NCBI RefSeq assembly: GCF_001194135.2
Contig: NC_068990.1
Span: forward strand, 60,927,155 to 60,973,187
From: Octopus bimaculoides
Taxonomy: Eukaryota
Direction of reading: 5' to 3'
DNA length: 46,033 nt
Below, one piece after another: positions 1-10,800 of this stretch. The notes under the pieces were generated by a model. The model was not told the DNA's origin and did not search any database. It worked only from the letters and a program-made list of their open reading frames with translations. Numbering within the stretch: position 1 is the stretch's first letter; every line of letters begins with the position of its first letter. The translations under genes and the position numbers were made by a program.

Positions 1-1283
1 TTAAGAATGAAATGTCCGATTTCAAGCTGAAAGTTTATTTTACTTTATCTCAACACAAAGCAATGCTGTTTATCAAAGTATGCACCTAAATTATCAACAT
101 AGTTTTGCCATTTTATCGGTAGCTTATTTATGCCACCAGCAAAGAATTCTGGAGAGCAAGAAGTGATGAAATCACAAAAGGCTGTTTTTGCATCTTCTTC
201 AGATTTGAAGTGTTTTCCTTTCAAAAAGTTGTCTAATGGCTGGAAAGCATGATAGTCAATTGGTGCAAGGTCTGGTGAATATGGTGGATGACAGAGTACT
301 TCCAAGTTGAGTTCCTGTAACTTGAGTAGTGTTCTTTGTGCAACATGTAGATGAGCATTCATTGTCTTGCAAAAGAAATGGCCTGTCTCTGTTGACCAAT
401 CTCAGTTGTTTAATTACAAGTTCACTGATCACTTCATCCAGTTGGTTCATGTACACATCCGCTGTAATTGAATTACCAGATCTCATGAAGCTGTAATGGA
501 TGACGCCAGTACTGGACCACCAAACAGATACCATTAGCTTTTTTTGGTGAATATTCTTTTTTGGATTGTGTTTTGGCTCTTCATCTCTATCCAACCACTG
601 TGCAGAACACTTGCTATTGTTGAAAAGAATCCATTTTTCATCACACATAACAATACGATGCAGAAATGGTTCAGTTCTATGCTGTGACAGCAAAGAACTG
701 CAAGTTTCAAGGTGACATGTCATTTGATGCTCATTCAATTTGTGATGGTTCCCACTTGTTCAGCTTCTTAACATTGCTGATTTGTTTCAGATGGTCCAAT
801 ACAGTTGGAATTGAAATATCAAACCTTGCTGCTAACTCATGCGTAGTTAGAGATGTATCCGCTTCCACTACAGTTTCAAGCTCATCATTATCCACCTTGG
901 TCTCAGGTCTACCATGGGGCTGATTTTCACGAGTAAAGTCACCAGACTGGAACTTCTCAAACCATTGGCATTCAATGCACTCATTCACCACATCTTTCAC
1001 CAAACACTTCATTAATGTTTTGAGCTTTCTAGGAGGCATTGGTTCCATGACAGAACTCATATTTATAAACAACACAAATTTTTTATCTATCCATGGGTTC
1101 ACAAAAATTGATTTACAAAAGAAAACTCGCAATATAATCAGACACCATGAATTGCATTTCCAAAAGTGATGATGTAACTCTTCAATGTTGTAAAACAAAG
1201 AATTGTCAGGATGAAACATCAGAGTTAACAACTGTCAAACTTAGTGCATAAGAAAATCAAACATTTCATTCTTAATGGCCTGA
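1..1283 (-). mobile_element. Full-length decayed mariner (Tc1/mariner, DD34D; Hsmar1/cecropia-like) DNA transposon
   Basis: The right TIR, reverse-complemented, reads TCAGGCCATTAAGAATGAAATGTTTGATTT (to 1283, followed by T then a gap where a TA TSD is expected). It matches window start TTAAGAATGAAATGTCCGATTT; the left TIR is clipped by the window edge. Length ~1.29 kb is typical of mariner. Confidence 0.95.
45..1094 (-). pseudogene. Mariner transposase pseudogene
   Basis: Frames join into MDR*KICVVYKYEF..GTNAS*..WFEKFQSGDF..GRP..W(E)PH(K)LNEHQ..RIVMCDEKWILFNN..VWWS..LQDNA..HPPYSPDLAPIDYH. The second and third Asp are 34 residues apart (D34D). Lesions: two stops near the N-terminus, a +1 frameshift near 1000, a +1 near 745 and a 4-bp CATT duplication at 356-363. 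Confidence 0.95.
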
Positions 1284-1602
1284 TNNNNNNNNNNNNNNNN
1301 NNNNNNNNNNNNNNNNNNNNNNNNNNNNNNNNNNNNNNNNNNNNNNNNNNNNNNNNNNNNNNNNNNNNNNNNNNNNNNNNNNNNNNNNNNNNNNNNNNNN
1401 NNNNNNNNNNNNNNNNNNNNNNNNNNNNNNNNATATATATAATAGAAACAGGTTTCAAAGAAAAAAGAGTACACGTGGTTCAAATAGAGGCAAAGTAAAA
1501 AGAAACAAAGAAAATGTGCACTAGGTACAAAACTAAGGGCTATTTTTTTATAAAGACAACGATATATATGGATTTGGTAGATAGAAATTGAAAGAAGCCC
1601 AT

Positions 1603-1634
<32 letters not shown>

Positions 1635-1984
1635 AGCATTTGATATATGCATATATCTGAGTATATGTATATGTGTGTGTGTCTTTGTAATCTGTGTTTG
1701 TCCCCCAACACTGCTTGGCAATCGGCGTTGGTGTATTTGCATCCCCTTAACTTAATGGTTCGGCAAAAAAGACCAATAGAATAAGTACCAGATTTAACAA
1801 AAAAATGCATACTGGGGTCGATTCATTTTACTAAATCAAACTGTTTGAGGCAGTGCCCTAGCATGACACTGAAACAAGTAAAAGATAAAAGATATATACA
1901 CATACATGTATGTGCATGTATATATGTGTGTGTGTGATATTTATATATTTATTTATTTATTTATACAAATAAACAAGCACATGC

Positions 1985-2026
<42 letters not shown>

Positions 2027-2579
2027 CAAAACAGTCACAGAAGTCTGGTCGGCTCTTGTGAAACTGTCCCACCCATGCTAGCATGGAAGGCAGACGTCAA
2101 ACAATGATGATGATGATGATGATGATGATGATGTGTGTGTGTATACATGTTCAGAAAGAGGGGGAGATGGAGTGTGAGAAGGAACCTGCTGAATTAAAGC
2201 CTAATTAATTATTGAAATCGTGTTTGATTTCTAGCATGCCTTTTATGGCATCTTGGAGCCGTAATTTCGAAATCATTCCATGCTGAGACTAAACAACTAA
2301 ATACATTTTAAATATACAAATATATTTTCATATGTTCAACTAATTAGTTCTGCTGCTGTGTGGTGATTTATGTTAAATGCCTTTATATATTCATAAATAT
2401 CTATTTAACCACACAGACACACACATGCACACACACAAGCACACAAACACACACACACACAAGCATACAAACACACACAGACACACACTCACACAAGAAT
2501 GTATGTATATATGTGTGGGTATGTATATAAATGTATACATAAATTTGAAAATGACTTAAGATTATGGATTTTTACATCT

Positions 2580-2900
2580 GGTCTGGTCCAGGTATCTTAA
2601 CATGGCTGATGGGGGCCCATCTGAGTCATGAACCGCATACTCCATGTAGTCACATGGGGCATAAACAAGAAGGTATAACACTTGGGATACTTGTTTGTAG
2701 CTGTAGCTTTACAAAATGAGTGCTTCTTCTCTGTATTAGCTCTTTTGCTTTCAGTTTGGATTCTAGTCTGAATTACACTCCACCATTCGGATCATTTAGC
2801 GCAAGTCAACCATAATGTTGAAACCTTTGAGAGGTCCTTTTTAAATATTCATTAAGCCTCTTCTTTTTACCCCTTGACTGAGCACTTTTCCCAACAGAGT
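2580..2900 (-). mobile_element. Probable RTE LINE 3' remnant
   Basis: The minus strand gives a degenerate G.R..G.KKR.NEYLKR.L, similar to the RTE C-terminal G.R..G...KR..D.LK motif. Confidence 0.4.
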
Positions 2901-2928
2901 TCCCTATATGTATGTGTGTGTGTGCATA

Positions 2929-2972
<44 letters not shown>

Positions 2973-3704
2973 NNNNNNNNNNNNNNNNNNNNNNNNNNNN
3001 NNNNNNNNNNNNNNNNNNNNNNNNNNNNNNNNNNNNNNNNNNNNNNNNNNNNNNNNNNNNNNNNNNNNNNNNNNNNNNNNNNNNNNNNNNNNNNNNNNNN
3101 NNNNNNNNNNNNNNNNNNNNNNNNNNNNNNNNNNNNNNNNNNNNNNNNNNNNNNNNNNNNNNNNNNNNNNNNNNNNNNNNNNNNNNNNNNNNNNNNNNNN
3201 NNNNNNNNNNNNNNNNNNNNNNNNNNNNNNNNNNNNNNNNNNNNNNNNNNNNNNNNNNNNNNNNNNNNNNNNNNNNNNNNNNNNNNNNNNNNNNNNNNNN
3301 NNNNNNNNNNNNNNNNNNNNNNNNNNNNNNNNNNNNNNNNNNNNNNNNNNNNNNNNNNNNNNNNNNNNNNNNNNNNNNNNNNNNNNNNNNNNNNNNNNNN
3401 NNNNNNNNNNNNNNNNNNNNNNNNNNNNNNNNNNNNNNNNNNNNNNNNNNNNNNNNNNNNNNNNNNNNNNNNNNNNNNNNNNNNNNNNNNNNNNNNNNNN
3501 NNNNNNNNNNNNNNNNNNNNNNNNNNNNNNNNNNNNNNNNNNNNNNNNNNNNNNNNNNNNNNNNNNNNNNNNNNNNNNNNNNNNNNNNNNNNNNNNNNNN
3601 NNNNNNNNNNNNNNNNNNNNNNNNNNNNNNNNNNNNNNNNNNNNNNNNNNNNNNNNNNNNNNNNNNNNNNNNNNNNNNNNNNNNNNNNNNNNNNNNNNNN
3701 NNNN

Positions 3705-3737
<33 letters not shown>

Positions 3738-3963
3738 TTTTATATATATTTCTATATATAATAGTTGTAGATATTTCCCATGGTGTTTTATGTTTTAAAA
3801 TGATGATTAAAAAAAAAATTTATATGCTTTTTAAATTATTCTCAGTTGAAAATGTGATTTTTTAGAATTTAATTTAATGGTTTCATGATTTTGTTGTTGT
3901 TGTTGTTGCTGTTGTTGTTGTTGCTAAATACTAAGTTTGCTTTATGCTTCTGTTTAATTTCAG

Positions 3964-4006
3964 ATGGGTTGAAGCACTCCAAATTGCTGCCCATAGTTCA
4001 CATCGA
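3964..4006 (+). CDS. Exon: C-terminal helix of a PH domain ((R)WVEALQIAAHSSHR) of a tandem-PH protein
   Basis: Acceptor ttctgtttaatttcag and donor gtaagt. 43 nt, phase 2 to phase 0, joining in frame to exon 14086. Confidence 0.85.
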
Positions 4007-5791
4007 GTAAGTATATTTTATTTTCTGCATTTTTACATGAAGTATTGATGTATTTAAAAGATAATAAATCAGTTTTAAGTAATTAGTTCGATTTGTTCTA
4101 ACTGTATTATTAATAATAATAATAATCATATATATTAAGGTAGAGATGGTGAAAGGGTAGCACAGTGATATGGTTATCTTACGGTATGTAGTTTGGTATC
4201 CCCAGTGGAATAATGGAATAAATAACTGTAGCTTAGTGAGGTTGGTTCAATCAACTGTATCGACCTCCCGGCAAGGATTGACTTCATTTCCAGTGAAAAG
4301 AAATCTGTATTAATTTGAATATAAATCACAATTATTCACTAAGATATGTAAAAGCAATGAATTAAGCATATTACAGATATCACACCTTAGTAAAACTAAT
4401 TATAATGCTTATGCTATCATCATCATTGTTGTCATCATCGTCATCGTCTGCTGTCTCTCTGTTTTAAATAATTAATTTATATTCAATTCAACCTGAAGCA
4501 TTCATATGAGACAGGTCAGTTTTCTGTATTTCTGTGATTTGACTAAGAGCCATGGCATCGATAACCATTTTGTGACTGTGTTGCTAATGAATTGACAGCC
4601 TATGTGCTTCAATTAATTTTCAAAAATATAATCAAGATTTTAGAAGGGTTTCATAGAGAATATTCATCACTCAGTATATTTTTATATCATACAACTTTTG
4701 ACTAACTGAAGTTTTATGATACCATTAATGTTCTAATGAGATTTTGGTCAATATTGCAATTTGAATATGAACACTTTAGTATGGGAAGTCTCAAACAAGT
4801 TGGTATTAAAAGGGTTAAAAGATTATCAGACCATGAGACATATTCCATGGGGATTCATATTCTGTCACTTGTACTACTGTTTATTGTTAAGATACTTAAC
4901 CCTCAACAGACTGGGGTACCTAGCAGTAAGATGGTACCATGATATACAATATTGCTCACAGCTGAGAGTAATAATGGTTTCAGATTTTAGCACAAGACCA
5001 GCAGTTTTTTGGGTGAGGGGCCATGTTAGTTAAATCGGCCCCAGTACTCACTCAGTTGGTACTTATTTTATCAACCCTGAAAAGATGAACAGCAAAGTCA
5101 GCCTTGGTGGAATTTGAACTTAGAATGTAGAGATGGACAAACTGCTGTCAAGTATCTTGCCCAGTGTGTTAATGTTTCTGTCTGTCCACCACAGTCGAAA
5201 AGTAATAATCCTTTCTACCACAAGCACAAGGTTTGAAATTTGGGATGAGGATGGGACTAGTTGATTACATCAACCCTAGTGTTTCATGTAATTTATCAAC
5301 CCCAAAAGGATGAAAGATAAAATCAACCCCAGTGGAATTTGAAATTAGAACATACAGACTAATGAAATACCACTAAGCATTTTACTCAGCATGCTAATGA
5401 TTCTGCCAGCTGAAGGTAATAAGGGTTGCTTTTGGACTTAAAAAATAATAGGAAGATAACATCATTATACATGACTTTATATCAATACAGAGAGCACTGA
5501 GGAATGAAGGAATGAATTCATTTGTCTATTTCATCTCGTAACAATTAGTCAGGAAGCACTCTTGTGTATTTTCTTTGACTTTTAACTCGGCCAAGGAGAG
5601 AATATTCTTAGTTGTATCTTTAGCATTATAATTGGTCTCTGTAACTAATCTTCTTAGTTAACTCCGCCCAAAACTGAATTGCTGAAATATTTTGATAAAA
5701 CAATTTACTCTAATGATAAAGATTTTATAAAGACAATGGTGGAAACTGTTCTGCAGTTGATCTATCTGCTAGAAATAACAAATAATTTCCC

Positions 5792-6358
5792 TTAACCCTT
5801 TAACATTTAAACCAACCAGATCTGGCCCCAAACGTTTTACCCATTCAGTGTTCAAACCAGCCTCTCACACCTGCCCTCCAATGTCATTTTAAAAATAAAC
5901 AATGACATCACCGAAATATTGATACTACAAGATAATGTGTGATTAATTCATGACAATGTGAATAAATAAGCATAACATGTGAAGGCACATGGCTCAGTGG
6001 TTAGGGCATCGGGCTTGCAATCACGAGATAGTGAGTTTGATTCCTGGAGTGGGCTCTGTGTTGTGTTCTTGAGCAAGACACTTTATTTCATGTTGCTCCA
6101 GTTCATTAAGCTGTAGAAATAGTTGCCATGTCACTGGTGCCAAGCTGTATCGGCCTTTGTCTTTCCTTTGGATCACATAGGTGGCATGGAGAGGGAAGGC
6201 CAGTATGCTTGAGCAGTAGCTGGTTTTCCAAGGACAACCTTGCTCAGACTTGTGCCTTCAAGGAGAACTTTCTAGGTGCAATCCCATGGTCATTCATGAC
6301 TGAAGGGGGTCTTTACCCTTTTACATTTGACAAAGTAATATGAATGCTAAAAGGTTAA
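5792..6358. mobile_element. piggyBac-like MITE (TTAA..CCCTT/AAGG..TTAA), interrupted by a SINE at 5981-6320
   Basis: Termini TTAACCCTTTAACATT / AATGCTAAAAGGTTAA. The body matches the intact copy at 34723-34950. Confidence 0.8.
5981..6320 (+). mobile_element. tRNA-derived SINE, family E
   Basis: A-box TGGCTCAGTGG, B-box GTTTGATTCC and CORE-like TCTTGAGCAAGACACT. Second copy at 37669-37988. Confidence 0.85.
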
Positions 6359-7392
6359 AGCATATTCTATTATCTTAAAAAAATAGAAGAACACATTAGA
6401 AAATGTAGTCTTAGATATACTAAGTCTAAAAAAAGGTAAAAATATCTTTGATCATAGATATTTGATGAGGTCTAACCTGGGACTGAACAACAGCAACAAC
6501 TAAGGTTTTTTTTTTTTTTTTTTTTNNNNNNNNNNTTTTTTTTTTTTTTTTTGTTATCTGATGTTGTATAGATTTATTTCTGTTCGCATATAATTAACTC
6601 AAACCATCTGCTGTCTTTGCTTGAATGCCTTAGAGAATCTTAATTTGGACAGCAAACTCATGTGTAAATGTTAACTATATTAGCACAGACATAGCAATGT
6701 AGTTAAGAAGCTTGCTTCATAGCCATACAGTTCCAGGTTTAATTCTACAACAGGGCACCTTGTGTGTATGTCTTGTCTACTATCTCTGGGTTGACCAATG
6801 AGTTACAAGTAAAATTCGGTAGACAGAAACTGTGCAGAATCCTGCTGTGTATGTGTGTGTTTATGTGCCTTTGTGAATATTCATGTATAAATGGTGCATC
6901 CAGTTCTGTTCCTTTGCACTAAGCTGTATGTAATTTAGCTATATGATAAACAAAGATTGATTACCAAACTGAAATAAATTCTACAGTTTGATTTACTAAA
7001 ACCTTTGAAGGTGATGCCAAAGCATGGCAGTAGTCCACACTCAGGAACTACTGTAGGCCACATTCTTCATTTGATCTGAATAAAGTTCAAGTGGAAAATA
7101 ATCTTTAAAAATTCATACTCTCTTATAAGTCTTTTCCAAATCATTTGCATGTGTTGTTTTGCCAGAAAATAATATGCTCTATTTTGTGTAAACACAAGTC
7201 ATATGCTCAAAATATCTGATGAATTTCCATATTTGATTTTACTCAATAATACTAGTCTAGTAGCGTTGTTAGATTGACATTATTGTTCCTGAAACTACGC
7301 CACTCATAATAACTCATTGTAAGCTAGCCATTTGGGTATACCCCATAGTGTGACGACTGTGTCCTGCATAATTACGGATTGCCCTTTGGCTA

Positions 7393-7646
7393 GGTATAGC
7401 ACCTGTTCAGGGATATAACACATGTTTGGGGATATAGCATCTGTTTAGGGATATAGCACCTGTTTAGGGGTATGGCACCTATTCAGGGATATGGTACCTG
7501 TTCAGGGATATGGTATCTGTTCAAGAATATGGCACCTGTTCAGGGATATGGCACCTGTTCTGGGATATAGCACCTCTTCAGGGATATGGCACCTGTTCAG
7601 AGATATGGCACCTGTTCAGAGATATGGCATCTGTTCAAGGATATGG
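7393..7646. repeat. 19-bp minisatellite, ~13.4 copies (GATATGGCACCTGTTCAGG)
   Basis: Unit starts at 7393, 7412 ... 7621, 7640 with exact 19-nt spacing. Confidence 0.95.
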
Positions 7647-8111
7647 TAAAGTCATGGGACTGCAACATGGCAGATTGAAGAGGTAGTGAAAGGGCTCAGC
7701 TGAGTCAGTAGTGCTTCTTACAGTGATACTGAATTGGAGGGATCCTAGAAGATCAGTGGCCCGGATCACTGACTTCTATCAAGAGAGTAACTGCAACACA
7801 GCCATAGGGGTTGTGTCCATGGTTGAGTAATCAGCTAATGAAAGATTTACAATGACTCAGGGTCCTAATTCAAATTAATAATAATGGAATTAGATGGCAA
7901 CAGAAAGTCATGGGAATCTATGAAAGCAGTGCAACCAAAGAGAAAAGCTAATCATGGGGAACCTGTGTCCCATGAGATTTCTGAATGACATGACTAATGA
8001 AAATTACCTTGGTATTTTTTAATAATACTCTGTACCTGATGATGATGCATGTCTCATGCAGCTCACTTCTCAAAAACAAGTTGTCCATACCTGCTGTAAG
8101 GTAACAAGAGA

Positions 8112-8824
8112 GGATCAATATAAAGATCCTCACACAGGAAACAAAAAAAAAATTAACCAGCCTGGTGGGTGTTAACAAGTATGTGGAAAACGAATATGAA
8201 AAAAAAAAATGTGTGCTGACGCCCCTGGGGGGTGGGGAGGGGACTTTCGGAAAATTCACAAGATCCGATTTTTCCATTAAAACTTCGAATCCCACTTTTT
8301 TGGTTATGGAGGATCCGATTCTGAAACAAAAATTTTCTAAATTGCAGTTTTGAAATTTCATTATGTTATCGCAGTTTTGTGAGATTTGGCTGTTATTTCT
8401 AGCATGTGAATAGCCGGCTTGAAAGCTTGAGGGTATATATCCTTTTTTTTTTTTCTCTCTTTCTTGTTGAAAAATTGAAATTTTACAAACAAATTTNNNN
8501 NNNNNNAAAGAAAAAAATTTTCAGAAAAAGTGATAAATGAAGTGGGTGGTGGTTGAAATTTTGAAAATTTTTTTTTTTCAGAATCGTATCCTCCATAACC
8601 AAAAACGTGGGATTCCATAAAAAAATCAATATATATCCATTTTACTCAAAGTAATGGCAGAAAAATCGGATCTTGTGAATTTTCTGAAAGTACCTTCCCC
8701 ACTCCCCTAGGGTCATCAGTGCGCAATTATTTTCATATTCATTTTCCACACACTTGTTAATACCCACCAGGCTGGTTAAATTTTTTTTTTTTTTGTTCCT
8801 GGGTGAAGGTCTTTATATTGACCC
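8112..8824. mobile_element. Fold-back element or long-TIR MITE (~230-bp imperfect arms)
   Basis: GGATCAATATAAAGATCCTCACACAGG..TTAACCAGCCTGGTGGGT.. (8112-~8340) is the reverse complement of ~8565-8824. No clear TSD; 10-N gap in the middle. Confidence 0.75.
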
Positions 8825-9879
8825 AAAGGAGTTACTCAGCCTGCTAGAAGTAGCAGCCTTATCACACTCTGCCATCTTAAAAAGAAAAAAATGGAAAGGT
8901 ATTAAATAATGTAGTTCTTGATACACTATGTCCCAAAATAATATTGTATAGTTATGTCTGAAAGATCTTTAATCATATGTCTGATCAAACAGAACTGATT
9001 TTATACTAAACAACTATAACACCAATGTCACTTGGAGTGAAATTTTCCTTTTATCCCACCCTATTTCTGCGTGCATTAAAGGTGTTTTTTGCACCTCGCA
9101 ATCTTTCAAATCTGATATGTCCTTGATTTGTTTTGTCTCTCACTTATTCATATATTCATTTTGCAGATGACACCTTAATCCATTTCTCCTTAATTACAAA
9201 TATCAAGCTCTTTCGACTGAAACAGTTCATACAAGACATAATGCTTCTATTAAAATAGAGATCTCAAGCATATATTGGCTTCAAATTTTGGCACAAGGCC
9301 AGCAAGTTCGGTGGGAGAGGGGTTAAGCGATTTATTTATTTTATCAACCCTAAAAGATGAAAGACAAAATTGACTTTAGTGGAATAGAGATCTCAAATAT
9401 ATATTGGTGTCAAATTTTGGCACAAGGCCAGCAATTTCTAGGGTGGGGTTAAGTCAATTATATTGACCCCAGTGATCAACTGGTGCTTATTTTATCAACC
9501 CCCAAAAAATGAAAGGCAAAGTCGACCTCAGTGGAATTTGAGCTTAAAATGTAAAGGTGAACAAAATGTCACTAAGCATTTTGTCCAATGCACTAACATG
9601 CCAGTTTACCACCTTTCTCATTTATATATATATTGATATCCAAATATCAAAACTAAGTTTCTGTCAATTATGTAAAAACACACTACAAATAAATGAAACA
9701 GTTTTGCATTCCATTTTCTCTAGACAGAAAAGACACACATAGAAGATATACATAGAGCAATCTATACACATTGAGTGGAGAGCTATAGGCTCTCCACTCA
9801 ATGTTGACCTATAGGCTCTCCACTCAATGTTGACCATATAAAATTCTGCATTTTTGGTGTTTTGTATGGTCTACATTGA

Positions 9880-10350
9880 GAACAAAGTAATTCCAGAGCA
9901 TAACCATTCCATGTGTACTAGGATATCAGGTACATCAATGATGTAGTCATTGGAACAAATACACTTGAATAAACTGAAAGACGAAATGAAGATTTAGAAA
10001 ATAGTTCAATCTCCAAATACAATATTCAACGTGGTGAAATACAAACTCAGGTGACACAAGTTTTTATAAATAAATGTAAGAATAAAGCCTAATTCATACA
10101 GAACATTTGAGTCCATTAAATGCCTAAATATTCAGAGATAACAAATGATCACATAATCATAAAATGTCAGTAAGTAAATCCTTTCAAAAATGAATCTGGT
10201 TTCCTCTGGAGAAGATGCTTTAAATAAAGAAACCATAAAGATTAAACAAACGACAGATATTTCAATGCATTAGTAGAAAAATCTGCAAAAGTGTTTCTGA
10301 ACTAAATTCATTGGTACAAATGCTAACTCAGTAAAGACATAAAAACCATA
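9880..10350 (+). mobile_element. Possible Gypsy-like RT remnant
   Basis: IPCVLG / YINDVVIGTNTLE resembles the Gypsy YIDD motif context; heavily decayed. Confidence 0.3.
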
Positions 10351-10554
10351 TTTTCTTTATTCTTTTATCATTTTGCTTGTTTCATTTGTTAGACTGTAGC
10401 CATGCTGGGGCACTGCCTCAAAGAATTTTAGTCAAATGAATTGAACCCAGTACTTATATTTTAAGCCTGGTACATATTCTATCAGTCTCTCTTGCTGAAC
10501 TGTTAACAAACACACCAACACAAGTTGTCATCTGATAGCCTGGTCAGTCATCAC

Positions 10555-10800
10555 ATGACTGACCAGGCTATCAGATGTTACACATCGCTGGTCACAGTGC
10601 ATTTTTGCATTGTTTTAGCCTTCAAATGACGTCACCCTACTGGCTAGGTGAGTAGGCCCACTGATCGAAATGGGGACTGGAGCAATGTGAAATGAAGTGT
10701 TTTGCTCAAGTACACAATGTGCTGCCCAGTCAGGGAATCAAACCCACAATCTAGCAATTGTGAGTGCAACAATTTAACCACTAGGCCTCATACCTTCACA
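10555..10800 (-). mobile_element. tRNA-derived SINE with a third tail type, inserted into a family-B element
   Basis: Minus-strand head (CTAACC/AACCACT, GGGAATCAAACC) and core (TTTTGCTCAAG) like families E/F; unrelated tail. Confidence 0.7.

Noticed and set aside
1225-3865. Long ORFs rich in X, IY, CV or HT (also 19439-20215, 24776-25144, 33979-34497)
   Set aside because: Produced by N-gaps and (TA)n/(CA)n/(TG)n microsatellites; no coding signal.
5981-6050. tRNA gene (also at 12732, 16310-16381, 37669)
   Set aside because: A and B boxes are present but there is no full cloverleaf, and each continues into a SINE core and tail.
7393-7646. Regularly spaced repeats as a CRISPR-like array
   Set aside because: Units are contiguous with no unique spacers, the context is eukaryotic and there are no cas genes.
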